DNA of 64,000 nt from a virus (lineage: Duplodnaviria; Caudoviricetes): positions 1 to 64,000 of the IMG/VR virus record IMGVR_UViG_2657245143_000002; one strand, written 5' to 3'. The position numbers and the translations under genes are program-made. Below the pieces are notes generated by a model. The model worked only from the letters and a program-made list of their open reading frames with translations. It did no database searches and had not been told where the DNA came from. Positions within the stretch are counted from its first letter, which is position 1. Each line of letters starts with the position of its first letter. Of the stretch, positions 10,404 to 19,894 are shown one piece after another.

Positions 10404-13073
10404 TCAGCCTTGGGCCTTGCCTTGCCGCGCGGCCTCCCACCTTCTCCGGTCCACATCGGAAGCGCGGTTGGAGATTAGATTGAACAGTGCGGAGGGGAGT
10501 TTCACCTCCACGGGCGTCACATTGTTCTTGATGGTGTCCACGAAGTAGGCGATGGAACCCCTGACCACTTCGCCGGTCTTAGGGTCACGCAGGGCATAGA
10601 GGCTGTCATAGTTTGGCGCGTTGGTCTTGGCATCAAGCACCGCCGGCTGGCCCATACGCTTGTGCATGACACCACCTTCGGGCTGATCGACCAGCCTCAG
10701 TACGGCCTGCGCCTCGGAAAGTGAGCCGGGTATATTCGCGCCTTTGTCGGACATGGCGAGCACAATTGCACGGCTGACATAGCCTTGCAGCTCGGCCTTC
10801 ACAAACTCGGCGGAGCGCTGCGAGGCGAGTATCGGCAGGCAGCGCCACTGACGGGCCAGACGGCCAATCTGCTGGAATATCTCGCCGGAGCCGTCGCCAA
10901 GCGCAACGTGAGCCTCGTCCAGTATCAGAACGGAATCCTTGCCCCTCAACGCGGCGATACCGCAAAGCATGGTGAGGCGAATCACCCACTTCTGTACACG
11001 GGCGGTGATGGAACCGCCGCCACCCGGAGCGGGCATCAGGTTCTCGCTGCCGGCCTTTATCAGGGTGAGGCCGGGATAGGAACCCAGTTTCGGACCGCCA
11101 TGCTGCGTGCCGTAGATGACACGCATGAGGCCGTTCGCCTTGGCGAGCTGGTTGAGGCTCGATGCAATCTCCACGATGCTGTCAGGCAGTTGGTCCTTGG
11201 CGATGCCACTCTGATAGTCGCGCAAGGCTAAGGAGATAGCTTCGCCGGTGCAGTCCGCGCCGTGCTGCAAGCCGTAGGACAACGCGATGGTGACGGACGC
11301 CTCGCGGTTCGGGTCCGTGTGGTTTGGGTCCGTAATATCGGTGATGACGAGAATGGCGGTGCGTTTCGCCTCTTCTTGGGAAGGTATGTTCCGCAAAGGG
11401 TCGAGGACGCCATCGGCCTGCTTGAGATCATCCATAGAGATGACGCGACCACCCGAGTTGTGTACGAAGTCCGTGTAGTCGGAACCTTGCTTGGGGTCGA
11501 TCAGGACCACTTGTGTGAAAGTGCCTGTGACAGCCGACTTGGTTTTTGCAAAACCTCGCACCAGCTCCAGTATTGCCGTCGTCTTGCCGCTTCCGGTTGC
11601 GCCGGTAATAAGGGTGTACGGGGGCTGCGAATTATCCTGCACCGCTCGCGGCGAGATGTACACCGGCTGCCTGTCGCTCTCCGACCACCCCAGCAACGCT
11701 CCTGCGGTGTCGCCCGCATTACCCACGATGTCACCCGCCGCAGTCACGCCGCTCAGCCCGGCATACGACGGGATGGGCGTCGGCCAGAACAGCGGGTACG
11801 GCCTCCACCGGATGTGCGAGCCGAGCTGCATGGCCTGCATGATGGCCTCCTGCCGCATGGGAGAGCGCACGACCACGCCCGGATACGGCGGGTTCTGGTC
11901 CTCGTCCCAGATTCCGGGCAGCGCCACGGAGGCGGCGGTGTCAACCAGCGTCGGCGGAGCGCCCTGCGACTGCTCGTAGACGGACGCGATGCCGTCCAAG
12001 GTCTGCACCATCTGGTCCTTGTCCCTGCGGCCCAGCTCGCCTCGGCTGGCCTGCTTCTCCACGTTGTCGAGCATGGTGCGCTCGTCGCGGCGGAACTGCT
12101 TGGCCGTGACCTTCGCGGGCTCGACCAGCGCCCTGAGCGACACGGCCAGCGCCTCAGCGCCGCCGACGTCGTGATGCGCCAGCAGGCGCGAGCACCATTT
12201 CGCGGAGGCGTCGTGCGTGTCGGTGCCCTTGAAGTCGGTGGGGCCGAGATCGACCAGCGTCATCGGGAAGCAGTTGCGCTCCGTGGGCCAACCCCCGCAC
12301 GATGGCTCGGCCTTCCACCTGATCTTCGCGGCCTTGGCCTGACGCCAGTTGCCGAAGACGTGCAGGTGGCCGGGCTCCAGCATCATCGGGGTGCCCGACG
12401 GGTTCGGCGCGGGCTGCCACCAGCAGCGTGCCCTCGCCATCTCGTGCGGGGTCGGCTCCGCGAAGCCACAGCCCTCCAGCAGGGCGCGAACCCTGTCGCG
12501 GTCGCGCCGGAAGCTCTCGTCCGGCTCGTAGTTGTTGGCGGTCTGGAACAGCACCGTCTCGACGGCACCGAGGAGCGGGTTGGAATGGCCGGAGCTGAAG
12601 TCGGACAGCAGCCTGACTCCGAGCAGCGTCACGCGGTCGAAGGTGTACTCGTTCGGGAAGTCCGTGGCGTACTGGCGCTGCAACTCCTCCGGCAGCAGCC
12701 TGCTCGGCTCCCACTTGACCGGCGTGCTCACGGACAGCACATGGACCTCCCTGTAGGTGGACTTCGCCACCTGACGGTATCCGCCGCCGAACGTGCTCGC
12801 CATGTCGGCCAAACCGCCGAACGCCTGCATCCACGGGCGGGCCGCGTTGTCCAGCAGCGTGCCGTCGTCGGTGTCCAGCACGTTCACCGAACTGGGGGCC
12901 GTCATGTAGAGCCACGCCTGACCGTTCGAGGTGCGGACGAAGCCGTGGTCCTCGGAGGTGACGAATCCGCCGATGGGCCTGATCTCCCCGGAGCGAATCG
13001 CGTTCATGTGCCGTGTGGACACCGGGTCGTAGCGGGGCGTCGGGGCCTTGGTCTTCTTGGAGTGCGATGCCAT
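10404..13073 (-). CDS. VirB4-like conjugation ATPase
   Basis: 889 aa; Walker A GATGSGKT, LIDPK, Walker B LILDEAH, RLARQWRCLPILASQ. Confidence 0.8.
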   Translation of the reverse strand: MASHSKKTKAPTPRYDPVSTRHMNAIRSGEIRPIGGFVTSEDHGFVRTSNGQAWLYMTAPSSVNVLDTDDGTLLDNAARPWMQAFGGLADMASTFGGGYRQVAKSTYREVHVLSVSTPVKWEPSRLLPEELQRQYATDFPNEYTFDRVTLLGVRLLSDFSSGHSNPLLGAVETVLFQTANNYEPDESFRRDRDRVRALLEGCGFAEPTPHEMARARCWWQPAPNPSGTPMMLEPGHLHVFGNWRQAKAAKIRWKAEPSCGGWPTERNCFPMTLVDLGPTDFKGTDTHDASAKWCSRLLAHHDVGGAEALAVSLRALVEPAKVTAKQFRRDERTMLDNVEKQASRGELGRRDKDQMVQTLDGIASVYEQSQGAPPTLVDTAASVALPGIWDEDQNPPYPGVVVRSPMRQEAIMQAMQLGSHIRWRPYPLFWPTPIPSYAGLSGVTAAGDIVGNAGDTAGALLGWSESDRQPVYISPRAVQDNSQPPYTLITGATGSGKTTAILELVRGFAKTKSAVTGTFTQVVLIDPKQGSDYTDFVHNSGGRVISMDDLKQADGVLDPLRNIPSQEEAKRTAILVITDITDPNHTDPNREASVTIALSYGLQHGADCTGEAISLALRDYQSGIAKDQLPDSIVEIASSLNQLAKANGLMRVIYGTQHGGPKLGSYPGLTLIKAGSENLMPAPGGGGSITARVQKWVIRLTMLCGIAALRGKDSVLILDEAHVALGDGSGEIFQQIGRLARQWRCLPILASQRSAEFVKAELQGYVSRAIVLAMSDKGANIPGSLSEAQAVLRLVDQPEGGVMHKRMGQPAVLDAKTNAPNYDSLYALRDPKTGEVVRGSIAYFVDTIKNNVTPVEVKLPSALFNLISNRASDVDRRRWEAARQGKAQG

Positions 13074-13145
13074 GTTCAGCCTTCCTGTAGCTGTGGATGG
13101 CTGTGCGAGGGAAGACGGCCCGGTAAGGGTTTGGCGAAGCGGCCG

Positions 13146-13740
13146 GGGTGGCACGGTTTTCGGACCTCCCGGAAAACGCATGAGGCGTTTTTAAAGGTGG
13201 TTTTAACAATTTGTTAAATCACTTCGCACTTTTGCTCATGAATTTTGGGAATCTTGGCATTTTGTGCCACGAGTGGAAAATGAGTCAAAACCCTTGTGGC
13301 AGTAGGGCTCAGGCGGTATTTGGAGCCTTCGGGGCAAGATGGGCGAAAAGAGTGCTGTGCCACCCTCTCAGCCCTACTCCCATAAGGGTTTCCGGGCGCT
13401 CAGACAGGCGGTGGCACAGTGGCACAGAAAAAAATCGGGTATCTCACATATATGCGATTCTCAGGAATCGGATGCGAGAACTGCATAGGCGCGAGGGGGC
13501 GAAATATGCGTTGTGCCGTGCCATATATATATAAATAATAGTTTTACCTTTATTTATATATATATTGGATATACGCTCAGCCTTACTCCCATAAGGGTTT
13601 TCGGCATTTCTGGGGAGGATGGGTACCCCGGCGAAAGGGGGTGGCACAACGGTTTTCGGGCCGAAATCGCCGGAACCTCGAAAACGTTGGAACGACGCCG
13701 TTTTCGCGCTTGCACAGCGCTTGCACGGCGGTGGCACAGT
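13146..13740. repeat. Origin-like non-coding module, copy A
   Basis: AT-rich core ~13523-13570; multiple GTGCCAC/GTGGCAC heptamers; three (AGC)CCTACTCCCATAAGGGTTT-type elements; inverted homologue at 59520-60091. Confidence 0.75.
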
Positions 13741-13836
13741 GGTGTCGGGCCATGTTTTCCGGCCATCCGCCGCCCGCCCCGGAGCGTCCTATTCCGGCGG
13801 TCGCGGGACAGCCTTCCGAAGGAAGGCTGGTTTGAT

Positions 13837-14067
13837 ATGACACCCCACGCGATTCTCCAAACGGCGCTCGGCATGCTCTACGCCGCGCTCTTCATCACCG
13901 CGCTCGTCAGGCTCTCGGCTTGGCTGCTGCGCGTCCTCTCCAAGGGCCGCGTCGATCTGCGATGCAGTTGGAGGGCCGGCATGACCGTCACGCTGTTCAC
14001 GATGCTGTCGCTCTTGGCGCTCTCCAGTCTGGCCGACCTGCTGGCGGCGCTCGCACCGACGCTCTGA
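13837..14067 (+). CDS. Small two-TM membrane protein
   Basis: 76 aa; two hydrophobic helices; GGAAGG upstream. Confidence 0.55.
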   Translation: MTPHAILQTALGMLYAALFITALVRLSAWLLRVLSKGRVDLRCSWRAGMTVTLFTMLSLLALSSLADLLAALAPTL

Positions 14068-14127
14068 CCCGCACAGTCCACCCCGGCATGTGAGAGATGC
14101 CATGTTTCGACAGGAAGGTACCTCTAA

Positions 14128-17100
14128 ATGGAACATTTGAACGTGAAGAAACTCGTCACCGCAGCCGTCGCCTCCGTGGCGGCGCTCGGCATGACCGTGC
14201 CGTCGGCATACGCCGGCGAGATGGGGCAGGCGCTCAACCCGCCGGTCGAGCAGGCGCAGGGCGACTCCTCCCGCGCCGCCGACGGGACCGCCGACAACAC
14301 CCCGTATCTACAGGTGAACGGGACCGAGGACAGGTTCGCCTTGGCCGAGGGCGGCCGCTACACCCTCGTCCGCCAGATGTACTCGAAGCCCTCCGACACC
14401 TACACCGTCCGCCACGGCCTTGAGCACGATGTCCTGACCAAGAACGCCTCGCGCTCCACCGGGCCGGAGTACCGCGTCACCGCGGGGAACCGCGTCGAGG
14501 CCATCGGCACCGACGTGTTCACCGGCAAATGCGCCGACGGCAGCGGCATGACATTCGAGCTGACCATTCCCTATAACTACTCCGCCGCTTCGGAGAACTC
14601 CGCCAAAGCGACCCTCGGCAACGGTCTGGGCGAGATCGCGCTGAACTATGACGACGCCAAGAAGGCTTGGACCGGCACGACCGCGCTGGCCGAGGAGCCG
14701 GAGGCGACGCCGACCGCCAAGGCCACCGTCTCCGTGAAGCCGGAGGGCGTGGACAAGGCCGTCACGAAGACCGCCGACCTGAACGTGGCCCCCTCCGAGG
14801 ACGGTTCCATCCGCCGCTACTCGCTGACGGGCGACCTCGGCCTGTTCGGCAGGGTCGATGCGACCGCCGAGGCCACCATCAGGAAGGGCGCACCGGTGTC
14901 CGGCACCGTGACCATCGGCGGAACCGGGTTCACGCTGAAGGCCGACGGCAAGGGCGACTACACCGCGAGCGGCGACGCCGCCGATGGCACCAGCCCCGAA
15001 CGCGACGCCATCGTGACCCTGACCTACGCGGACGGCACGGCCATGACCCTGAAGGCCACGCGCCCCGAACTCGCCAAGCCGACCGCGAAGGACGGCGCTT
15101 GGGTATACAAGGGCGAGACCACCTACACCGCCGACGGAACCGACGCCGACGGCGACCCGGTGAAGGTGTCCGTCAAGGTCGCCTACGACTACAAGGTGCC
15201 CTTCAGCGAGAAGGCCACCGTCACCGTCAACGGCGAGAACGTCGAGCTGACCAAGGGCGATGACGGCAAGTGGACCGGCAGCAGGTCGCTGACCGGCGTG
15301 GAGCCGTCCAAAGCCATCCCGGACAGGCTGGACGCCAGCCTGACCCGCACCGCGTCCGGCTCCCCGGACCAGAACGAGAAGGCCGAGCTGAGGCGCGGCA
15401 GGTCCGCCGTCCGCAGCGAGATCACCACCAACCATGAGGCCCATCACTACGGCACCGCCGAGTACGCGGGCACCCTCGGCGGCGACAAGGTGGAGTTCGC
15501 CCTGTCGTTCGACTACACCGCCCCGGCCACCGAGAAGCGCTACGTCACCACCGACGGCAAGGACCGCATCGACCTCAAGAAGGGCAGCGACGGCGACTGG
15601 ACCGGCGTCATCGACCTGAAGGGCAAGGCCCCGGCGGACACCTTGCAGGCGTACCGCGAATGGTCCGCCGACGGCGTTGACTCCCCGCTCAGGGAGGGCT
15701 ACGAGCTGACGCTCGGCACCGACGGCATCAGGGACACCGAGCCCAAGCTGGGCGTCCGCCACCACGAGGGCGAGGCCAAGTGGACCGGCGACGGCACCGC
15801 CGTGACCAGTCCGGTCAAGTACGACGAGGGCACCGAGGTGACCCTCTCCGAGGCCGACGGCAAGGGCGCGTTCAAGGCCGGCGACGACGGCGTGTGGACC
15901 GCCACCGCAGCCACCAAGGCCGGAAGCCTGACCGACTCCAACGAGCCGGTCGCCAAGACCGTCGCCCTGTCCGACGGCACCGTGCTGGACATCGACTACG
16001 AGAACAAGGTCTCCTCGGTGGCCGACCCCGAGGGCAACGTGTTCGTCACCCTGAAGGGCGTCGCCAAGGGCGAGACCAAGGAGGGCGGCAAGGTGAAGGT
16101 CTCCGTGACCGCCTACCGCGCCGAGAACCGCAGGGTCTCCGGCATCAAGGTCGAGCGCTCCAAGGCCGACGGCACCAGCGAGGAGCTGGACGTCACCCCG
16201 GCCTTCAGCGAGGACGTCCACGAGTACTCCGTCACGCTGCCGCACGACGCCACCGGCGACTCCTACACGCTGAACGTCGCGCACGGCGTGGACGCCGACG
16301 TGGAGGCCCCGACCGCCAAGCTGGGCGGGGGCGCGAGCCGCATCCTCACGCAGGTGATCGAGGGCGTCGAGTGGAAGGTCACGGTGAACTTCCAAGCCGC
16401 CGACATCCAGCCGGACTCCCCGGCCAAGCTCAAGGGCATCTTCGTGAACTACAGCGGCGAGGCCAAGAAGGGCGGCCTAATCAAGGACTGGGACCCGAAC
16501 CGACTCGACTACACGATCAGCGTGGGCGAGAAGGACCCGAGCCCCTACATCACCGCCGAATGGGACGACAAGCTCGTTGACGCGAAGGCCGGCGACATCC
16601 GCCAGACCGCCGACGGCACCGCCCAGAGCTTCGTGGTGACCGCCAAGACCGGCGGCGCGACCCGCACCTACACCGTGACCGTGGTCCGCGAGCGTTCTTG
16701 GAAGACCGCCGCCGAGGAGTTCAAGCCCGCCGAGCCGATTGTGCGGGACGCGACCGTGGAGGCCGACTCGGACTCCGACACCAAGCTGGTGTCCGCCGGC
16801 TACGAGAAGGACGGCAGGTACACACCTTCGACGGACGACCCGATCAGGGTGCCGGAGGGCGGCGCGTTCTCCGTGGAGCCGAAGAAGGGCCAGTCCGTGT
16901 CCATCTCCGGCAAGCGCCTGAGCGGCATGACCTACGAGTACACGGTCAGCGTGCTGGCCCCCGACGGCGTGACCTTGGGCACCTCCACGTACAGGGTGCT
17001 CTATCTGACCTCGAAGACTCAGGACGCGACCTTGCAGGGCATCAAGGTGAACGGCAAGGACGTGGAGGGCTTCGACCCGTCGAAGCACGGGTACACGGTG

Positions 17101-17478
17101 TCCGTGCCGGACGTCGCCAAGGCGATGGTGACCCCGGTGTTCGACCGCACGCTCGGCCAGACCGTTGACACCAAGCGCGGCGGCGATGTGGTGACCGTCT
17201 CCGTGACCTCCGCCGACGGCCTGAACACCGTCGAGTACAAGGTGACGTTGGTCTCCAACGCGGTCGCCATGAGCAAGGACCTCGCCCGGACAGGTGCCGA
17301 CGTGGCGCTGTTCGCAGCCACCGCGGGTGCGTTGGTGGCGGTCGGCGTGGGTCTGTCCCTCGCGGCCCGCAGGCGCGGGAAGAAGACCGAGACCGAGGCC
17401 GAGATCGAGACCGAAACCGAGGCCGAGGCCGAAGCCGAAGCCGAGAACAGAGCCGAAAACGAGAACGGGAACGAGTGA
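14128..17478 (+). CDS. Sortase-anchored surface protein with cadherin-like beta-sandwich repeats
   Basis: Signal peptide; repeats FSEDVHEYSVTL, WDPNRLDYTISV, ATLQGIKVNG...FDPSKHGYTVSV; LARTG + TM + basic tail. Confidence 0.85.
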   Translation: MEHLNVKKLVTAAVASVAALGMTVPSAYAGEMGQALNPPVEQAQGDSSRAADGTADNTPYLQVNGTEDRFALAEGGRYTLVRQMYSKPSDTYTVRHGLEHDVLTKNASRSTGPEYRVTAGNRVEAIGTDVFTGKCADGSGMTFELTIPYNYSAASENSAKATLGNGLGEIALNYDDAKKAWTGTTALAEEPEATPTAKATVSVKPEGVDKAVTKTADLNVAPSEDGSIRRYSLTGDLGLFGRVDATAEATIRKGAPVSGTVTIGGTGFTLKADGKGDYTASGDAADGTSPERDAIVTLTYADGTAMTLKATRPELAKPTAKDGAWVYKGETTYTADGTDADGDPVKVSVKVAYDYKVPFSEKATVTVNGENVELTKGDDGKWTGSRSLTGVEPSKAIPDRLDASLTRTASGSPDQNEKAELRRGRSAVRSEITTNHEAHHYGTAEYAGTLGGDKVEFALSFDYTAPATEKRYVTTDGKDRIDLKKGSDGDWTGVIDLKGKAPADTLQAYREWSADGVDSPLREGYELTLGTDGIRDTEPKLGVRHHEGEAKWTGDGTAVTSPVKYDEGTEVTLSEADGKGAFKAGDDGVWTATAATKAGSLTDSNEPVAKTVALSDGTVLDIDYENKVSSVADPEGNVFVTLKGVAKGETKEGGKVKVSVTAYRAENRRVSGIKVERSKADGTSEELDVTPAFSEDVHEYSVTLPHDATGDSYTLNVAHGVDADVEAPTAKLGGGASRILTQVIEGVEWKVTVNFQAADIQPDSPAKLKGIFVNYSGEAKKGGLIKDWDPNRLDYTISVGEKDPSPYITAEWDDKLVDAKAGDIRQTADGTAQSFVVTAKTGGATRTYTVTVVRERSWKTAAEEFKPAEPIVRDATVEADSDSDTKLVSAGYEKDGRYTPSTDDPIRVPEGGAFSVEPKKGQSVSISGKRLSGMTYEYTVSVLAPDGVTLGTSTYRVLYLTSKTQDATLQGIKVNGKDVEGFDPSKHGYTVSVPDVAKAMVTPVFDRTLGQTVDTKRGGDVVTVSVTSADGLNTVEYKVTLVSNAVAMSKDLARTGADVALFAATAGALVAVGVGLSLAARRRGKKTETEAEIETETEAEAEAEAENRAENENGNE

Positions 17479-17502
17479 CCTTCTCCCGTGAATCCGTGAA
17501 TG

Positions 17503-17536
17503 GCCCGCAGGAGTTTCCGAACCCCTGCGGGCTTTT
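17503..17536 (+). terminator. Rho-independent terminator
   Basis: GCCCGCAGG...CCTGCGGGC followed by TTTT. Confidence 0.7.
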
Positions 17537-17754
17537 CCATACCATTTTCCATTCCCCGCCCATGCTGCACCTGAAAGGAAGCACAGTCAACACCATGAGC
17601 CAGAAAGTCCGCATCGAAAGAGTCAATCCCTGCTACGGCATCGCAAATGCAATAGGTTGCGATGCTGACAGGAATCCGCACCATGCGGGCCGTGACCTAC
17701 ATGGTGATTGGAGGAAGCCACCATGCTGGGCACAGGATTTCAAGGAGGTACACG

Positions 17755-17865
17755 ATGACCAAGGAATTTGACCCCGATGATGACACCCGCGACGACACCG
17801 CGGAGGATGGCCTGCCCATGAACGACGAACTGACCAAGGCATACAGCGACCTGCTGATGTTCTGA
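17755..17865 (+). CDS. Very small acidic protein (36 aa)
   Basis: Perfect AAGGAGGT RBS; MTKEFDPDDDTRDD... Confidence 0.55.
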   Translation: MTKEFDPDDDTRDDTAEDGLPMNDELTKAYSDLLMF

Positions 17866-17885
17866 GGCCACGGTTGGGAGGGAGC

Positions 17886-18101
17886 ATGGACGTCAAGTTC
17901 AACGGATTCGACTACATCAGCGACAACGACGGCATGGGCATCCACGTCGTCGCCGGAGCCGACGACATCTGGGTTCCGGTCGATGACCGCGAGCGTGTGA
18001 GGTTCGCACTCACCGTGCTGGACGGGTTGGAACCCAAGGAGCTGGCCGAGGTCGCCTATCAGATCGCCTCGGAGAGGAGACGCGGACATGGTTCGCTGTG
18101 A
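17886..18101 (+). CDS. Small hypothetical protein
   Basis: GGAGGGAG RBS; operon context. Confidence 0.6.
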   Translation: MDVKFNGFDYISDNDGMGIHVVAGADDIWVPVDDRERVRFALTVLDGLEPKELAEVAYQIASERRRGHGSL

Positions 18102-18435
18102 CGCCATCGAGGACACCGACGACAACAGGCGGCGTCTCCTGCGCATCGCCCAAGAGGCGTTCTCATACGACGGCGGCTTCGACTGGAGCGACGTGTACGG
18201 GAGCGTCAACGAGCTCTTCACCGGCGACGAGGACCCGGAGCGCATAGCCAATGCCGTCCACTACGGCAGCTACGACCCTATGGCGGACTGGCACCGCTTC
18301 GACGGCTACGCCAACATCCAATCGCTGAACGACCGGGAGCTCCTTGAGGAGGCTTGGGACGAGCGCGGGGAACTGACCGAATGGGCGGAGGAGCACGAGC
18401 CCGGACTACTGGAGGATTTGACCTATGACGAATGA
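18088..18435 (+). CDS. Highly acidic small protein, possible antirestriction/DNA-mimic type
   Basis: GSYDPMADWHRFDGYANIQSL motif; strong D/E excess. Confidence 0.55.
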   Translation: MVRCDAIEDTDDNRRRLLRIAQEAFSYDGGFDWSDVYGSVNELFTGDEDPERIANAVHYGSYDPMADWHRFDGYANIQSLNDRELLEEAWDERGELTEWAEEHEPGLLEDLTYDE

Positions 18436-18664
18436 GACCACAAAACCCAAGGCCCTGCGCCTCGACGGCATGTTCTTCCGCGTCCAACGCGACGGGAGAT
18501 GAGTGAACCGCTGCGTGAGCGACCTCACCAAGGAGGAGCGCCGCGAGCTGTTCAAGGACCGCGACGCCGAATGGCACGAGGCCGTGATCGACCACCTGTG
18601 TGAGCGGATGCGCTCGCTGGCGGAGTTCTGCGGCGTCACCGGAAGGGGCGGCGACGGTGCGTGA
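18425..18664 (+). pseudogene. Small ORF interrupted by in-frame TGA at 18500-18502
   Basis: MTNETTKPKALRLDGMFFRVQRDGR*VNRCVSDLTKEE... continues in frame to 18664; GGAGG RBS. Confidence 0.55.
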
Positions 18665-18860
18665 AATCGTAATCGGCTCGACGTGGGCCAACCCGGTCGG
18701 CTGTCGTCTGAAGATCACCGAGAAGGTGTCCTCGCGTTCGATTGGCTTCCTCGAAGGAAGCGACGTGTACCGCGCGAGGTTCCTCGACGGCACCGGCGAC
18801 GGGACCTTACTGACGCCGACGGCGTTGGATGCCTGCGGTTACCGATTGGAGGAGCAATGA
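18657..18860 (+). CDS. Small hypothetical protein
   Basis: GTG start overlapping the previous ORF end; stop overlaps the next ATG. Confidence 0.5.
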   Translation: MREIVIGSTWANPVGCRLKITEKVSSRSIGFLEGSDVYRARFLDGTGDGTLLTPTALDACGYRLEEQ

Positions 18861-19192
18861 ACCCTGCCTTGAAGCCATGCCCCTTCTGCGGGGCCGGCAA
18901 TCCGCTGGTCGTGGGCGAGGCAACCTACGCCGTGCAGTGCGCCAAGTGCCACGCGAAGACCGAGCGCACCCGCTCGCATGAAGAGGCTGCGGAGTTGTGG
19001 AACCGGCGGACCGTCACCGGAGAGATGATCGACCGCGCCGCGTTCGCGCTGCTGCGACGCCGCACAAGCGGCCCCGATGCGGACGGGTTCGCCCGCGAGC
19101 AATGGGAGCAAAATCTGAGCGGCCTCCGCAGCACCTACCGCAGGGAGGCCCGCGCCATGCTGGAGGCCGCGTTGAACGGCGGCGCGGAATGA
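18857..19192 (+). CDS. Lar-family restriction alleviation protein
   Basis: LKPCPFCG...VQCAKC...EEAAELWNRR signature. Confidence 0.75.
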   Translation: MNPALKPCPFCGAGNPLVVGEATYAVQCAKCHAKTERTRSHEEAAELWNRRTVTGEMIDRAAFALLRRRTSGPDADGFAREQWEQNLSGLRSTYRREARAMLEAALNGGAE

Positions 19193-19473
19193 GCGCCGCC
19201 AGTCTGAAGCCGTGCCCGTTCTGCGGCGGCGAAACGATTGACCTGTCGTATGCCGACGGCCTGTGGCGGGCGGAGTGCGACGGCTGCGGGGTCTCCACGC
19301 CGGGGCAAACCGACTATGAAGAGGTGTTCCGGCTGTGGAACGGGCGGAAGGTCACGGACGGGATGATCGACAAAGCCTATGGCGTGCTGCGCGAAAGGAC
19401 GTTGCTCGGCCGGTGGACCGTGGGCAGGCAAGCGGTGGCGGACGCCCTCAAGGCCGCGCTGAGCGATGGATGA
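19189..19473 (+). CDS. Lar-family restriction alleviation protein (second copy)
   Basis: LKPCPFCGG...AECDGCG...LWNGR signature. Confidence 0.75.
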   Translation: MSAASLKPCPFCGGETIDLSYADGLWRAECDGCGVSTPGQTDYEEVFRLWNGRKVTDGMIDKAYGVLRERTLLGRWTVGRQAVADALKAALSDG

Positions 19474-19894
19474 TGGAGTCGCAGATGACCGCCGGCGGCG
19501 ACGATGCCGGGGCGATTTTCCGAATTTTGCGTTTTACAGAATGACTTTTAACAAAAACGCGGCGATGAAGTGAACGTCGCGGAGTGATAAAAGTCGAAAA
19601 TTCTGACGTTTTTTTGAAAGCGGACGATTCCGCAAACCATAAAACCGCCAAAAACGGCCTCTCGATAGGGGTCTTTGGGGTAAATGACGCTCCGAAAAAC
19701 AAAAAGAGCCCAAGAACCGCCAAAAAAGGGCGACCTTTGCCCATGTGGCTGATTCGCAAAACCATGTTATGCTGCAAGAACTGCCAGCTTTGAGGTCGGA
19801 GGCAGCGCTTGCCACGTCGGATGTCCAACGCGGACAGACCACGACGAGGCAGCTTCGGCAGACCGGACGGTCCGGTCGCCGCGCTGGAATCATT

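Noticed and set aside
13146-13740. CRISPR array or IS terminal inverted repeats
   Set aside because: Repeats are irregularly spaced and in mixed orientation; no cas or transposase gene; the copies are too diverged and long for IS ends.
17383-17475. GAGACC/GAGGCC hexamer run
   Set aside because: Encodes a low-complexity E/A/T cytoplasmic tail; ordinary coding microsatellite.
18500-18502. In-frame TGA as recoding (Trp/Sec)
   Set aside because: TGA is used as a normal stop throughout; a single TGG>TGA change or error explains it.
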